From positions 4,253 through 68,252 of IMG/VR virus record IMGVR_UViG_3300025869_000013: a stretch of DNA of 64,000 nt. One strand, 5' to 3'. Shown here one piece after another: positions 1 to 9,155 of the stretch. Both the position numbers and the translations under genes were made by a program. Positions within the stretch are counted from its first letter, which is position 1. Every line of letters begins with the position of its first letter. The notes under the pieces were generated by a model. That model worked only from the letters and a program-made list of their open reading frames with translations. It had not been told where the DNA came from and ran no database searches. Origin of the DNA: a virus.

Positions 1-1
1 T

Positions 2-304
2 GTCGTACACGGTGATATAGAATATGTATATTATGTATGGCAGTGTCATGGTAAAACAGAGCCATGGATCAGTATATTTGAAACTCATCAATGGGATAAC
101 ACAGAAGGTGAGTGTGTCTTTGTAGGTACGCCAGATATGTTACTGAAGAAGTATGATGAAAGACATGATGAGGTACAAGAAACTAGCGACTGCGTTATAT
201 GTAATGAAAAGTTTGTAGATATAGATGTTTGTTGCGAGGAAGATAGAGATCCTGATCTTTGTGGAAGCGTGTGCTGTAAAACACAAACTAAATACGAACG
301 CTGA
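2..304 (+). CDS. partial hypothetical phage protein (5' truncated), Cys-rich C-terminus
   Basis: Open frame from position 2 to TGA at 302-304 (VVHGDIEYVYYVW...CVIC...CC...CGSVCC); the stop overlaps the ligase ATG. Not in the supplied ORF track. Confidence 0.6.
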   Translation, partial: VVHGDIEYVYYVWQCHGKTEPWISIFETHQWDNTEGECVFVGTPDMLLKKYDERHDEVQETSDCVICNEKFVDIDVCCEEDRDPDLCGSVCCKTQTKYER

Positions 305-1158
305 TGGATAATAACAATATGATGAAATACAAACCAATGCTAGCGTATCCTGTTAGCGCAAAACCTGTAGACTATGACGAAATGGTCTACATACAACCTA
401 AACTTGACGGTGTTCGTTGCCTTATACAATGCGACAACGGCGTTGTAAAAGCTTATTCTCGCACAGGTAAAGAGTGGAAAAACATTGAGCATATACTGTT
501 CAATCTTGAACCTTTCTTCCAGCTCAACCCTGACGCTGTGTTAGACGGCGAACTTTACAACCACGATCTACGTGATAACTTCGAGAAGATTATCTCTTGT
601 GTGCGTAAAACTAAACCTACAACTGTACATAGACTAGAATCATCTGGCCTTGTGCAGTTTCACTGCTATGATGTAATTGCTACGACTCGCAGATTTGACG
701 TTCGTAATGAATGGATTAAGCTAAACGTACCACGTAACTTCTGCATACATCACGTAGAGACGCACGAGGTTCATGCGGAAAAGTATGCACAGCAGTTGCA
801 TCAGTTAAACCTTAAAAAAGGCTACGAAGGCTCTATATTGCGTCTTAACACTGAATACCAATGCAAACGATCACATAGCCTACGTAAGTTTAAAGACTTC
901 CACGATACCGAAGCTGAAATTATCGGCTGGGTTGAAGGCAAAGGCAAACGTGTAGGTACGATCGGTAAGTTCTTAGCTCGTGATGCTGACGGTGTAGAGT
1001 TCGGTATGCCTGTAATGGATAACTTCAAGTACCTACAAGATAACTTTACGGAAATGCAGTGCTGGGTTGGTAAAACAGCTACGTTCACATACTTCGAGCG
1101 TACTAAAGCCAACAGCTACAGGCATCCGTTGTTTAAATGTATACGCAACTATGAGTAA
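304..1158 (+). CDS. lig: ATP-dependent DNA ligase (small phage type)
   Basis: Motif I QPKLDGVR, motif III LDGELY, IIIa FHCYD, IV EGSILR, V KFK, and C-terminal OB fold with YRHPLF. Confidence 0.93.
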   Translation: MDNNNMMKYKPMLAYPVSAKPVDYDEMVYIQPKLDGVRCLIQCDNGVVKAYSRTGKEWKNIEHILFNLEPFFQLNPDAVLDGELYNHDLRDNFEKIISCVRKTKPTTVHRLESSGLVQFHCYDVIATTRRFDVRNEWIKLNVPRNFCIHHVETHEVHAEKYAQQLHQLNLKKGYEGSILRLNTEYQCKRSHSLRKFKDFHDTEAEIIGWVEGKGKRVGTIGKFLARDADGVEFGMPVMDNFKYLQDNFTEMQCWVGKTATFTYFERTKANSYRHPLFKCIRNYE

Positions 1159-1235
1159 AGATGAAAAATTAATGTACAAAAGCATCGCGGATCTAGCTAA
1201 AGCTATAGAAAAACTAGTTAAATTAATAGAAAAAA

Positions 1236-1430
1236 ATGTCAGAACTTAAAGAAGAAGATTTTAAAATAAAAGGTAGTAAAGATTTATGGGAATGTGTTAA
1301 GTCACTTGAAGCTATAGCACATTGGATGCAGAGCTCTTCATTTGATTACGAACCTAAAGATTTGAAGTACCTGTTTCAAGACGTGCTTAAAACCTATAAC
1401 AACTATTTATATGAGAAGACTGATATATGA
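1236..1430 (+). CDS. hypothetical protein
   Basis: 64-aa ORF in a tightly packed co-directional run; other short ORFs are likely at about 1151-1249, 1411-1524 and 1514-1684. Confidence 0.5.
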   Translation: MSELKEEDFKIKGSKDLWECVKSLEAIAHWMQSSSFDYEPKDLKYLFQDVLKTYNNYLYEKTDI

Positions 1431-1680
1431 TATGTACTATGCTGACGAGATCAGTGTAGATATAGCTATAAAGCTATTAGATAAACTAGAACAATCACGA
1501 GATAAGAAAAGATATGGACGATAAGAAAAAAATAAAAGAGCTTGAGAACATTGTTGAAAGTCAACACCAGCATATAGCTATGCTACAGAATGATTTATAT
1601 AACGAGCAGCTTAGAAACAGTAATCTAGCTGAACTAGCTATAGCTATTGATAAGCAAAAACAATCTAAACCAGAAGAAAG

Positions 1681-2163
1681 TTGAATATATTTTACCTACA
1701 TAAAGACCCATGTAAGGCTGCTGAATATCAGTACAATAAGCACGTTGTTAAGATGATCTTAGAGTCCGCTCAGATGCTGTGTACCGCTCACCATGTACTA
1801 GACAACAGGGTTAGGTTGCTAGACGATATACCATATAAAATAGCTCATGTAAATCATCCATCAACTAAATGGGTAAGAGAAAACTCATTACATTATGATT
1901 GGTTATATGAGCATATGTTAGCCTTAGGTAGTGAATACACCAGACGTTACGGTAAAGAGCATTTATCAATAACTAAATGTAAAACTCCATTAGCTAATCA
2001 ACCAGAAAATATACCACACGAGACGTTTGAACAACCTCCACAGTGTATGCCAGACGAATATAAAGCCGATTGTGCTATACACGCGTACTGGAATTACTAC
2101 CTAGGTGACAAACATAGGGTGGCTAACTCTAATGAAACTATTAAAACAAGAATGTATGAATAA
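1681..2163 (+). CDS. pyrimidine-dimer DNA glycosylase / endonuclease V-like protein
   Basis: N-terminal MNIFYL...KHVVKMILESAQML, HxNHP and PPQCMPDEYK...AYWNYY, typical of the phage DenV-related family. Confidence 0.8.
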   Translation: MNIFYLHKDPCKAAEYQYNKHVVKMILESAQMLCTAHHVLDNRVRLLDDIPYKIAHVNHPSTKWVRENSLHYDWLYEHMLALGSEYTRRYGKEHLSITKCKTPLANQPENIPHETFEQPPQCMPDEYKADCAIHAYWNYYLGDKHRVANSNETIKTRMYE

Positions 2164-2255
2164 AGAACTAATAGAATTAATTCACGAATTTAACTCAAAC
2201 CTAATTAAGGAAGATAATTCTAAGAGAATTATTTTATGCACGTTAAACTCAGAGG

Positions 2256-2302
2256 GCATGACAATAGCCCCTAATAAGAATAAGTAACAGGCTAATGTCA
2301 CA
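2256..2302. promoter_or_regulatory. gapped inverted repeat, copy 1 (TGACAATAGCC-N20-GGCTAATGTCA); putative operator or origin
   Basis: Arms at 2259-2269 and 2290-2300 with one mismatch; overlaps the ATG (2295) of the HTH gene; the same arms recur at 63952-63999. Confidence 0.6.
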
Positions 2303-2918
2303 GTATGAACGTAATTTAGAACTGCTAAACCGCAGACGAGTTATATACAAGCGTGACCCTATTACAGATAAACCTGATATAGAGAATGATAAGTACATGT
2401 TCTTTGAGAACGGTACGTTTCAGTGTTACGATCTGTTTAAGAGCACGGCAAAGATAACTACTTATAAGTCTCTTAAGTGGCACTTATTAGTTATATGGTA
2501 TCTAAACCCTGGAATAGACCAAGATGAATTTATGGATGTAGCACTAGCTATATCTGCTAAAACCAACGGGTTTGTGAGCTTTAACATGCCGCCCGATTTA
2601 TTAAGAAAAATAGTATATGATGTCAGCATGCAAGAGCTCAAAGAGCCACCAAAGAATAAACTCAGGAAAGTTATTTTCAAAACTTTTTCTGGGCTTACCA
2701 AAGAAGAGAAACTATGTATTGTAGGTAAACTAATAGGTAGATCAAATAAGGTCCATCCTGATGATGTTTATCAGGCTATGATAGATATACATGACTTAGA
2801 CCAAAAGATAACGATTAAACGCATCTCCGATGCCCTAAACGTATCATCTAGGACTGTATACAGATACATGTGTGAAGATCTTAAACGTGAAAAAGAATTA
2901 TTAAACAAAGAACTATGA
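2295..2918 (+). CDS. DNA-binding protein with C-terminal helix-turn-helix (regulator or replication-initiator-like)
   Basis: C-terminal ITIKRISDALNVSSRTVYRY is a classic HTH signature. Confidence 0.65.
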   Translation: MSQYERNLELLNRRRVIYKRDPITDKPDIENDKYMFFENGTFQCYDLFKSTAKITTYKSLKWHLLVIWYLNPGIDQDEFMDVALAISAKTNGFVSFNMPPDLLRKIVYDVSMQELKEPPKNKLRKVIFKTFSGLTKEEKLCIVGKLIGRSNKVHPDDVYQAMIDIHDLDQKITIKRISDALNVSSRTVYRYMCEDLKREKELLNKEL

Positions 2919-3076
2919 GTAGAAGAAAAAATGGAGTTAGAAAGACTAAACTTGAAAAACTTAACGAGATAAATGATATCGATAAAAAACTAAAACGCCG
3001 AAAAGCCAAGGAAGACGAAAACGAGTTTAACAAGCTTATGTCACGTAGAAATATGTTAAGAGCTCAATTAAAATAA
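2915..3076 (+). CDS. small basic hypothetical protein (53 aa)
   Basis: MSRRKNGVRKTKLEK...; ATGA overlap with the upstream stop and fills the gap before the sigma gene. Confidence 0.55.
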   Translation: MSRRKNGVRKTKLEKLNEINDIDKKLKRRKAKEDENEFNKLMSRRNMLRAQLK

Positions 3077-3080
3077 ACTA

Positions 3081-3839
3081 ATGAAGTATTACAATATACA
3101 AAACTATATTCGCTACAAAGAGGATATAAAACAACGTATGAAACGGATAGATATGACTCAGGTTTACGATGAGTATACTAGAGATGAGCTTATAATAAAG
3201 TTTCTACCTCTTGTAGAAAATCTAGCTCGTAAGTTTTCAACAACTCAACAAGCTAGCGGCGTGATGAACGTAAATGATCTAATACAGGAGGGTAATAAAA
3301 ACCTTGTTATAGCTGTAGATAAAATTGACTGGGACACTTTATACAAATCTGATGATGTAGAAAAGACTATTAAGTCTTTCTTATCTAAAAGAATTAAAGG
3401 TGGTATACGTAGAGCTGTAGACATAAACAGAGGTACTATGCGTATACCTGAGCATAAGATAAATGAAATACGTAAAGATAACGGTGAGGATAAACAAGCT
3501 ATTGAAATGTTTTTCAACTCTGTATTTACAAGTTTAGATGCTTTAATAGATGATACGTCTACTACTTACGACGTACCTGATAATATCAAAAGCTATAACC
3601 CAGATCTATTAACATCTTATCTTATGAGTTTGCTTCATGTACACCTTACAGATAAGGAAGCTGATGTGATAATACTTAGCTATGGGCTACACTGTGACAA
3701 GATGTCAGCTAAAGAAATAGCTAACAAATTAAACATCAGAGGAGACAGTGCTTACGTGCGTGTTTCACAGTTAAAACGTCAAGCTATAGACAAATTAATA
3801 AACACTGTAGATTACTCGCAAGTGGTTGACTTCCTGTAG
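3081..3839 (+). CDS. phage RNA polymerase sigma-70-family factor
   Basis: Region 2 LPLVENLARKF...DLIQEG...AVDK...RIKGGIRRA, MRIPEH, and region 4 LTDKEADVIILSYGL...SAKEIANKL...RVSQLKRQAIDKL. Confidence 0.9.
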   Translation: MKYYNIQNYIRYKEDIKQRMKRIDMTQVYDEYTRDELIIKFLPLVENLARKFSTTQQASGVMNVNDLIQEGNKNLVIAVDKIDWDTLYKSDDVEKTIKSFLSKRIKGGIRRAVDINRGTMRIPEHKINEIRKDNGEDKQAIEMFFNSVFTSLDALIDDTSTTYDVPDNIKSYNPDLLTSYLMSLLHVHLTDKEADVIILSYGLHCDKMSAKEIANKLNIRGDSAYVRVSQLKRQAIDKLINTVDYSQVVDFL

Positions 3840-3849
3840 TTTACTCGTG

Positions 3850-3876
3850 TAAATAACAAAAATAATGTGTAATTAT
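3850..3876 (+). promoter_or_regulatory. putative phage-sigma promoter A (TAAAT-N12-GTGTAATTAT)
   Basis: Intergenic, upstream of the ERF/replication operon; same bipartite motif with a 12-bp spacer at three other operon heads. Confidence 0.7.
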
Positions 3877-3899
3877 ATATATACAAAACCACATACCAT

Positions 3900-4469
3900 A
3901 TGAAGGAATTAAACAATAAATTAGCTCAAGTCCAGACAGAGCTAAAGGCTAAAAAATCTAGCTACAATTCGTTTGGAAAATATTATTTTCGCAAAAGCGA
4001 GGATATACTAGAAGCGATAAAACCGTTTCTCCTCGAGCTCGGCGTAACAGTAACTATCTCAGAGAGAATAGTAGAATTACAGCCAGTACCAATGCTCGAA
4101 ACAACAGCAAATTTCACGGATGGCGAGAGTGTTATTCAAGCTACGGCTATAGTAGGAGTAGACTTAAATCAAAAAGGAATGCAAACATCCCAACAGTTCG
4201 GTGCTGCAAGTACTTACGGAAAGAAGTACGCGTTAGGTAATCTATTATTAATAGACGATACTGAAGACGCAGACGCATCTAACAAGCACGGAAAAGACTC
4301 AACAGTATTAGACAAACTAAAAGCTTCTATGCCTAAGAAACCAAAGATTACTGCTGATCAATTTGAAAAGGCAAAAGAATATTTACAAAATGGAGGAAAA
4401 CTCACAGCGATTAAAACAAAGTATGCTCTTACTGAAAAGCAGGAAGAAGCATTAGAAGGTCATGAATAA
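3900..4469 (+). CDS. erf: ERF-family single-strand annealing recombinase
   Basis: KSSYNSFGKYYFR..EDILEAIKP and QQFGAASTYGKKYALGNLLLIDDTEDAD, the ERF signature. Confidence 0.88.
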   Translation: MKELNNKLAQVQTELKAKKSSYNSFGKYYFRKSEDILEAIKPFLLELGVTVTISERIVELQPVPMLETTANFTDGESVIQATAIVGVDLNQKGMQTSQQFGAASTYGKKYALGNLLLIDDTEDADASNKHGKDSTVLDKLKASMPKKPKITADQFEKAKEYLQNGGKLTAIKTKYALTEKQEEALEGHE

Positions 4470-5199
4470 ACAAGAGATAATCGATCGGCTAAGAGTTGAT
4501 GAGGATTACTACGGTGATTTCGGCAACCAATACCTAAGCAATTCACATATAGGTAAGCTACTGAAAAACCCTATGGCGTTATTCGATAAAATGCCAGATA
4601 ATCCAAACTTTAAAGTCGGTGGATATTTTCACACAGCTATATTAGAACCTGAAAAACTTAAATCATTTAAGATCATAGAAGCAACAACTCGCAACACTAA
4701 AAAGTATAAAGAAATATCTGGTGGAGAGGTTTGCTTATTACAACACGAAGTTGATATGATCGAGAAGATGGTAGACAAGATGATGGCTAACGATATATGC
4801 AGAGACCTTATCCAACCAGCTTTGGGTAATGTCCAATACGAAGAACCAGGTCTTGTCAGGTTATACGACAATATGTGGAAAGGTAAGGCTGACATAATTA
4901 ATCACGATGAAAAACTCGTTATTGATTTAAAGACCACAAGCGATATAGATAAATTTCGCTGGTCTGCATCAAAGTTTAACTATGACAGCCAAGCCTATAT
5001 TTACAGACACCTGTTTGGTTACGATATGCTATTTATAGCTATCGATAAAAACACCCATCAGATCGGTCTGTTTGACTGTTCACCTAACTTCTACAAGTCA
5101 GGTAAGGAAAAAGTACAGAAAGCTAGTGAGCTGTACGACTTATTCTACAAGGATGAGAATTTTGATCACAAGCAACATTTAACTACAACAACCCTATAA
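4462..5199 (+). CDS. PD-(D/E)XK exonuclease (RecE/ExoVIII-like)
   Basis: YLSNS, G..FHTAILEP, KGKAD, IDLKTT and YDSQAYIY motifs; adjacent to ERF. Confidence 0.85.
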   Translation: MNKQEIIDRLRVDEDYYGDFGNQYLSNSHIGKLLKNPMALFDKMPDNPNFKVGGYFHTAILEPEKLKSFKIIEATTRNTKKYKEISGGEVCLLQHEVDMIEKMVDKMMANDICRDLIQPALGNVQYEEPGLVRLYDNMWKGKADIINHDEKLVIDLKTTSDIDKFRWSASKFNYDSQAYIYRHLFGYDMLFIAIDKNTHQIGLFDCSPNFYKSGKEKVQKASELYDLFYKDENFDHKQHLTTTTL

Positions 5200-5209
5200 A
5201 CCAAAAACC

Positions 5210-5380
5210 ATGGGAAGAGTAACAAAAAAGACCTGTGATGTAACAGGCATTACAACAAGTTCTAGAAACTTTTATTCAAAGCAGTCTCACCTTAAGCCAG
5301 TCGATAACTTAAGGCGTAGCACCGGAGCTACTAAAGAGCAAATGAGACATATGTTTAATCAACTAAGTACAGTAAAATAA
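5210..5380 (+). CDS. small hypothetical protein (56 aa)
   Basis: MGRVTKKTCDVTG...; TAATG overlap with the SSB start. Confidence 0.55.
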   Translation: MGRVTKKTCDVTGITTSSRNFYSKQSHLKPVDNLRRSTGATKEQMRHMFNQLSTVK

Positions 5381-5694
5381 TGGCTAGTATTATAAAAGCA
5401 AGTATCAACTTAAGCAACGTGCCTAAGGATAAAATCATAACTGGTAAAAAAGGTAAATACCTACCTATCACGATCACTGTAAACGATGATCTAGATCAGT
5501 TTGGTAACCAAGGTCCTATTTGCGTTGATCAAAGTAAAGAGGAACGAGACTCTAAGGAAGCTAAGACTTACTTAGGTAACGTCAAGGTTGTATGGACAAA
5601 TGGTGAAAACGTGGATGCTGCTCCTCGAGACGCGGCTACGGCACCCCCTCCTCAAGCACAAGCTAAAACCGAAGAGGTAGACCTGCCATTCTAG
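5380..5694 (+). CDS. ssb: single-stranded DNA-binding protein (Bacteroidota-phage type)
   Basis: GKKGKYL..., DQFGN, KTYLGN, and a flexible linker ending in the acidic tail EEVDLPF; lies between recombinase and primase. Confidence 0.75.
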   Translation: MASIIKASINLSNVPKDKIITGKKGKYLPITITVNDDLDQFGNQGPICVDQSKEERDSKEAKTYLGNVKVVWTNGENVDAAPRDAATAPPPQAQAKTEEVDLPF

Positions 5695-7407
5695 ATGAGT
5701 ACGGAAGAGATCAATGGATTCTTGATTGATAAGTTCAATCAACATAGCCTAAAGGAAGGCGCTGCGCAGGGGATTTGTCCCCTGTGCTCGTCTTCTAGGC
5801 AACCTAAAAATCAAAAGGCGGGATGTGCGTCTTATGATTGGGAACGTGGTCTTGGTACCTGTCACAACTGTGACACCAGTTTTCAACTACACACTTACCA
5901 ACGTAAAGGCGCTAGTGAAAAGGTTTATATAAGACCTTCATCAATTGCTGAACATGTTGTTAATACTAAAGTTGAGCAATGGTTTAAGTCACGAGGTATA
6001 TCTAGTCAAACTCTACGAGACTTACAAGTTGGCGAGGGCTCTGAATGGATGCCCCAGACAGGGAAGAATGAAAATACAATTCAGTTCAACTACTATATGG
6101 GTGATCAGTTGATCAACGTTAAATATAGAGATGGTAGGAAGAACTTTAAGCTTTTTAAAGGAGCTGAAAAGATCTTTTATAATATAAACTCTGTAGTTGG
6201 TTATGATTCCTGTATTATAACTGAAGGAGAGATGGATGTGCTTGCACTACATGAAGCAGGTATTAAAAACGTTATCTCTGTACCTAACGGAGCTACGTTA
6301 AACTCAAACAACCTAGACTATCTAGACAACTGTATAGACTACCTAGAAGATAAGACTAAAATTATCTTAGCTGTAGATACAGACGAGGCTGGTCAAGCTC
6401 TTAAGCAGGAGTTTATCCGACGTCTTGGAGCTGAGAGTTGTTATTTAGTTGATTTTGATGACTGTAAAGACGCTAATGAATACCTAATAAAACACGGTAA
6501 CGAAGCATTAAAAAATGCTATACACGCATCAAAGCAAGTACCACTAGAAGGAGTTTCAACATTATACGATATAGAAGATGAACTTAAAGATTTCGTACAA
6601 AACGGTTTTAAACCAGGGTTTCAAGTTGGTTTACCTAATTTTGATAAAATATTTAGTACATATACCGGTCAGTTTATTACTGTTACTGGTATTCCGTCTT
6701 CTGGAAAATCGGATTTTGTCGACCAGATGGTGGTTGGCTACAATAATAACTATGGATGGAAAACTGCATTCGCGTCTCCAGAGAACCACCCAACGTATCT
6801 CCACGCTCATAAGCTGATGCGTAAGACATGGCAAGATATGCCATTACCTAGCGATATCGGTGGTAACAAGTGGAACAGCGTAGCGGATCACGTTAATGAT
6901 AATTATTTTTTCATAGATATGGATCGTTATACCCTTGAGTCCGTGTTGCGCAAGGGTGCTGAGCTTGTAAAACGTAAAGGTATTAAGTGCCTTGTAATCG
7001 ATCCTTTTAACAAGGTTCGAGATGTTGACTGCAAGACAGAGGATGTTAACCGATACACGATGGAGTATTTAACAAAGATAGAAATCTTTGCTAAGAAGTA
7101 TGATGTGTTAGTATTTATCGTAGCTCACCCTACTAAAATGTACAAAGGTCAAGACGGAAAGATTGAAGAACCTACAATGTACAACATTAAAGGTGGTGGC
7201 GAATGGTATGATGCTAGCTATCACGGTCTACTTGTACACCGCGACTACGAGGCTAAGACAGTTAAGTGCAAGGTTCTTAAAGTTAAGTTTCAGAACCTAG
7301 GTGAAAACGGTGCTGAGTCACATTTTAAATGGGAACCTCGATCAGGTAGTTTTATACCTGAGATAACTGAAGGAGTCGAAGATGAAGCTATGCCATGGGA
7401 AAGTTAA
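5695..7407 (+). CDS. bifunctional primase-helicase (T7 gp4/Twinkle-like)
   Basis: Zn finger CPLC...CHNC, TOPRIM EGEMD / SVPNGA / DTDEAG / KDANE, Walker A GIPSSGKS, Walker B LVIDP, VAHP. Confidence 0.93.
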   Translation: MSTEEINGFLIDKFNQHSLKEGAAQGICPLCSSSRQPKNQKAGCASYDWERGLGTCHNCDTSFQLHTYQRKGASEKVYIRPSSIAEHVVNTKVEQWFKSRGISSQTLRDLQVGEGSEWMPQTGKNENTIQFNYYMGDQLINVKYRDGRKNFKLFKGAEKIFYNINSVVGYDSCIITEGEMDVLALHEAGIKNVISVPNGATLNSNNLDYLDNCIDYLEDKTKIILAVDTDEAGQALKQEFIRRLGAESCYLVDFDDCKDANEYLIKHGNEALKNAIHASKQVPLEGVSTLYDIEDELKDFVQNGFKPGFQVGLPNFDKIFSTYTGQFITVTGIPSSGKSDFVDQMVVGYNNNYGWKTAFASPENHPTYLHAHKLMRKTWQDMPLPSDIGGNKWNSVADHVNDNYFFIDMDRYTLESVLRKGAELVKRKGIKCLVIDPFNKVRDVDCKTEDVNRYTMEYLTKIEIFAKKYDVLVFIVAHPTKMYKGQDGKIEEPTMYNIKGGGEWYDASYHGLLVHRDYEAKTVKCKVLKVKFQNLGENGAESHFKWEPRSGSFIPEITEGVEDEAMPWES

Positions 7408-7691
7408 GTAAGTACACGCGACCCCACATACCTTACAAACCCAGTAAAGGCGGTAGAAGCTGTGGATATCTATCGCACACGCCAGAAGACATACAAAGAG
7501 TCGCTTGGTGCATGGATAACGGAATATCTATAGCTATAATGCCTAACTGGGATACAGGTAATAAATGGCTGGTGTCTATAACAACACGAGGTGTTACAAA
7601 CACTGACCCTTTAAATTACTCTGATGAGAACGCTTTGAGAAAAATGTACGAATATTATAAATACTATTATGACAAATACAATGAAAACTAG
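7395..7691 (+). CDS. hypothetical protein
   Basis: 98-aa ORF overlapping its neighbours in operon fashion. Confidence 0.6.
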   Translation: MGKLSKYTRPHIPYKPSKGGRSCGYLSHTPEDIQRVAWCMDNGISIAIMPNWDTGNKWLVSITTRGVTNTDPLNYSDENALRKMYEYYKYYYDKYNEN

Positions 7692-8328
7692 ATTTTACAA
7701 TGCAGACTCAGCTTTTAGTTATTTTCTAAATGAAATCAGATGTAACGGCGTGGAGTTTGGTGATACTAAAGCTTTGTTTAACGTAGGTTTTACTATGGAA
7801 CATCCTACTGATATGGTAATACTAAACGTAGAGCGCAACTGGAATAGAGAGTACGCTGATGCTGAATGGAAATGGTATTTATCAGGTGATCGCAACATAA
7901 GTAAACTAGGCGACCTCTATGGTAAAATACCTCCTATATGGAAACGTATGGCAGATAAAGACGGTAACGTTAATTCTAACTACGGTTGGCAATGGAAGAG
8001 AAACGAACAGCTAGACAATGTTATAGCTATGCTTGAATCAAACCCTGATACCCGACAAGCTGCCATTAGTATATACGATGCTAAAGAAATAAATGATGGG
8101 TATTATCAAAATGATACACCGTGTACTTACGCTGTGCAGTTCACAATACTTAACAACAAGCTTAACATGGCTGTAGTTATGAGGTCAAACGATTTATGGT
8201 TCGGCTTCTGTAACGATCAGTATTGTTTTGCTAGCCTACAAATGTTAGTTGCGTACGAACTCGGTATTCAATGCGGTGAGTATTACCATTACGCGCACAA
8301 TTTACACTTATATAATAATAAACTATGA
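7681..8328 (+). CDS. thymidylate-synthase-family enzyme, probably a dCMP hydroxymethylase or methylase
   Basis: TRQA, catalytic PCT, MRSNDLWFGFCND (Asp at the position of E. coli ThyA Asn177), HNLHLY, and IWKRMADKDGNVNSNYGW resembling T4 gp42; start more likely 7681 than 7669. Confidence 0.8.
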   Translation: MKTRFYNADSAFSYFLNEIRCNGVEFGDTKALFNVGFTMEHPTDMVILNVERNWNREYADAEWKWYLSGDRNISKLGDLYGKIPPIWKRMADKDGNVNSNYGWQWKRNEQLDNVIAMLESNPDTRQAAISIYDAKEINDGYYQNDTPCTYAVQFTILNNKLNMAVVMRSNDLWFGFCNDQYCFASLQMLVAYELGIQCGEYYHYAHNLHLYNNKL

Positions 8329-9155
8329 TGTACTGCATATACCACATACCAGGTAGAAAAATTGGTGTGACAAACGACATACAAAATAGAGTCGTACAAC
8401 AACAGGGTTACTCTGAAGACGAGTTTGAGATACTAGAAATGTCTGAAGACATTAGCTACATCTCTGACAGAGAGATTGAGCTACAAAAATTATTTGGCTA
8501 CAGGGTAGACCAAAAACTGTATAAAGATTTAAAACCAAAAAATAAAGAATTAAACCATATGAAAATAAACATAACAGAACAAACAACAACTTTCCCTTGC
8601 CCGGTAAATAAACTTAAAGGCAGGTTAATGGATGAACTAGGGATGAGCTGGGATACAGAGCACGGTAGATGCTGCATTGACACTGATTCAATACGATGGA
8701 TCATGAGCAATGTTAAACCATCTATGTACAACATTGAAAGGTGTTATGTATACAACAAGGCATTTGCTAGGTACTTTGACAACAATGGTTGCTGTAGAAC
8801 AAACACAGGAGCGTTAAACATGAGTGGTCATAAAGGTTTAAATCTCAATGTTGGATCTTTGAACCGTTTTGATTTAATTAGAACGTGGGCAGATGAAAGA
8901 GGTTTATATGACAAAGGTTATACAAAAACTCAATACCTAAAGCTTATGGAAGAAGCTGGAGAGCTTGGTAGAGCAATACTTAAAGACGATCAACCCGAGG
9001 TTGTAGATGCTATAGGTGATATGGTTGTTGTGCTGACTAATTTATCTGAATTAGCGGGTTACAAGATTGAGCATTGTATTGATCAAGCTTATAACGTGAT
9101 TAGCAAGCGCACAGGTAAGATGGTTAACGGAACATTTGTAAAAGATACACTATGA
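8325..9155 (+). CDS. GIY-YIG-like N-terminal domain fused to a MazG-like NTP pyrophosphohydrolase
   Basis: N-terminal YCIYHIPGRKIGVT..IQNR...REIELQ; C-terminal WADERGL...QYLKLMEEAGEL...DAIGDMVVVL...AYNVISKRTGKMVNGTFVK. Confidence 0.8.
   Translation: MMYCIYHIPGRKIGVTNDIQNRVVQQQGYSEDEFEILEMSEDISYISDREIELQKLFGYRVDQKLYKDLKPKNKELNHMKINITEQTTTFPCPVNKLKGRLMDELGMSWDTEHGRCCIDTDSIRWIMSNVKPSMYNIERCYVYNKAFARYFDNNGCCRTNTGALNMSGHKGLNLNVGSLNRFDLIRTWADERGLYDKGYTKTQYLKLMEEAGELGRAILKDDQPEVVDAIGDMVVVLTNLSELAGYKIEHCIDQAYNVISKRTGKMVNGTFVKDTL

Noticed and set aside
7669-8328. Canonical thyA
   Set aside because: Asp instead of Asn at the substrate-specificity position and gp42-like motifs; gene symbol withheld
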